DNA from: Perkinsus chesapeaki ATCC PRA-425 | Taxonomy: Eukaryota > Protista > Perkinsozoa | Length of the DNA: 64,000 bases | NCBI GenBank assembly: GCA_013115145.1 | Contig: JAAPAO010000022.1 | Span: 67,444-131,443 of the forward strand | Reading direction: 5' to 3' | Shown here: positions 60,621 through 64,000 of the stretch, in pieces | Layout of the letters: every line of letters starts with the position of its first letter | How positions within the stretch are numbered: position 1 is the stretch's first letter | The notes under the pieces: model-generated | What the model saw: only the letters and a program-made list of their open reading frames with translations | Databases searched by the model: none | What the model was told of the DNA's origin: nothing | Translations under genes and position numbers: made by a program

Positions 60621-61294
60621 TCCTGATGATATGGCGACGGTATGCATGATAACAAAATCTGATACTGTTCATTGAGAAGAAAGACTCGGCACGTTCTACT
60701 GTAACATTCTTATAAATTTGCCACCAGTATTCTGAACCTTCTGATACCAAACGGGTTTGTGTTTATACGTCATCACCAACCGAAAAGTGAGAAGGTTTAA
60801 TTCCCTAACTGGACATGGAATTGGAAAAGTCTTATAATGAACTGATGGAGAAAATATTTCCTAAGAAATCATTTTCTTCCGTTCACCTGGTTGCTTTACT
60901 GCTTGCACACAAGGAAAGGTAAAATAGGTTTTTCCGCTCTTACCTTCACGCCTTGCATTTTGGCAACGTCATAATAAGCAACCAAAATATGTCGCTCAGC
61001 CACAATAGTTCAGCAACTCTCTATTCATACGATTAAATACATTTAACCCACTTAATTGCTAATTGACGACACAGCACTTCAACACATCCTCTGAAACACA
61101 CTCCGGAACAGTATATCTATTTTGTAAAAGTGATGGAGATAGTAACAAAGGCACGAGGGTGTTTGATATTTCCTTACAATTGTTTAGCAGCAGCAGCCCC
61201 AAATGTTGAATCGGAAACGGATTACACTAAGCTAAGACTATAGCTACTTCAGTTGGAAAATCATGCTATTTTCCTTTCTATCATCGAGCTAGAT

Positions 61295-63818
<2,524 letters not shown>

Positions 63819-64000
63819 TCAATGCTAATATTGCACGAAAATTGCAAGAAACACAACCGTTTTAGCTACGCCCGAGTAATCGTCAAAAAGATACGGCATT
63901 ACCAAGGGTGAAAGACACGGGGAAAACGGCTCCGTTACGAAAGAGCAACTGAGCAAGTAGTAAAATAGTGCTAGTATGCTAGAGTGTATAATAGCTGTTA

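Noticed and set aside
60620-61250. hAT transposase remnant (VERAESFFS-like peptide)
   Set aside because: The resemblance is too short and the frame is interrupted, so it is not distinguishable from chance.

Overview
Eukaryotic nuclear DNA, not prokaryotic. It has short GT-AG introns (about 30-60 nt), about 50% GC and 90-260 bp intergenic gaps. Gene style and content suggest a perkinsid alveolate (Perkinsus-like); this is inference. A minus-strand cluster (about 1.5-46 kb) holds an intronless A1 aspartyl protease, two tandem PB1-like paralogues, INCENP, an intronless glycosyltransferase-like ORF, two giant tandem paralogous multi-EF-hand genes (about 15 kb and 14 kb), a chromodomain protein and proteasome lid subunit Rpn12. 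After an AT-rich, repeat-containing switch region (about 46-48.5 kb), a plus-strand cluster holds a PPPDE/DeSI peptidase, MON2 and a SPOC-domain protein. A convergent mitochondrial HSP70 ends the window. Two unexplained systems stand out. (1) The giant EF-hand super-repeat proteins share an unknown N-terminal domain, have an A-(AB)n higher-order repeat, carry acidic/His-rich inserts and show recurring S-F-L-E-type motifs. (2) There is a strong excess of one-nucleotide-spacer palindromes, including seven exact 6-1-6-1-6 inverted triplications built from different hexamers and a perfect 21-1-21 palindrome. All gene models were spliced by eye, so boundaries are approximate.
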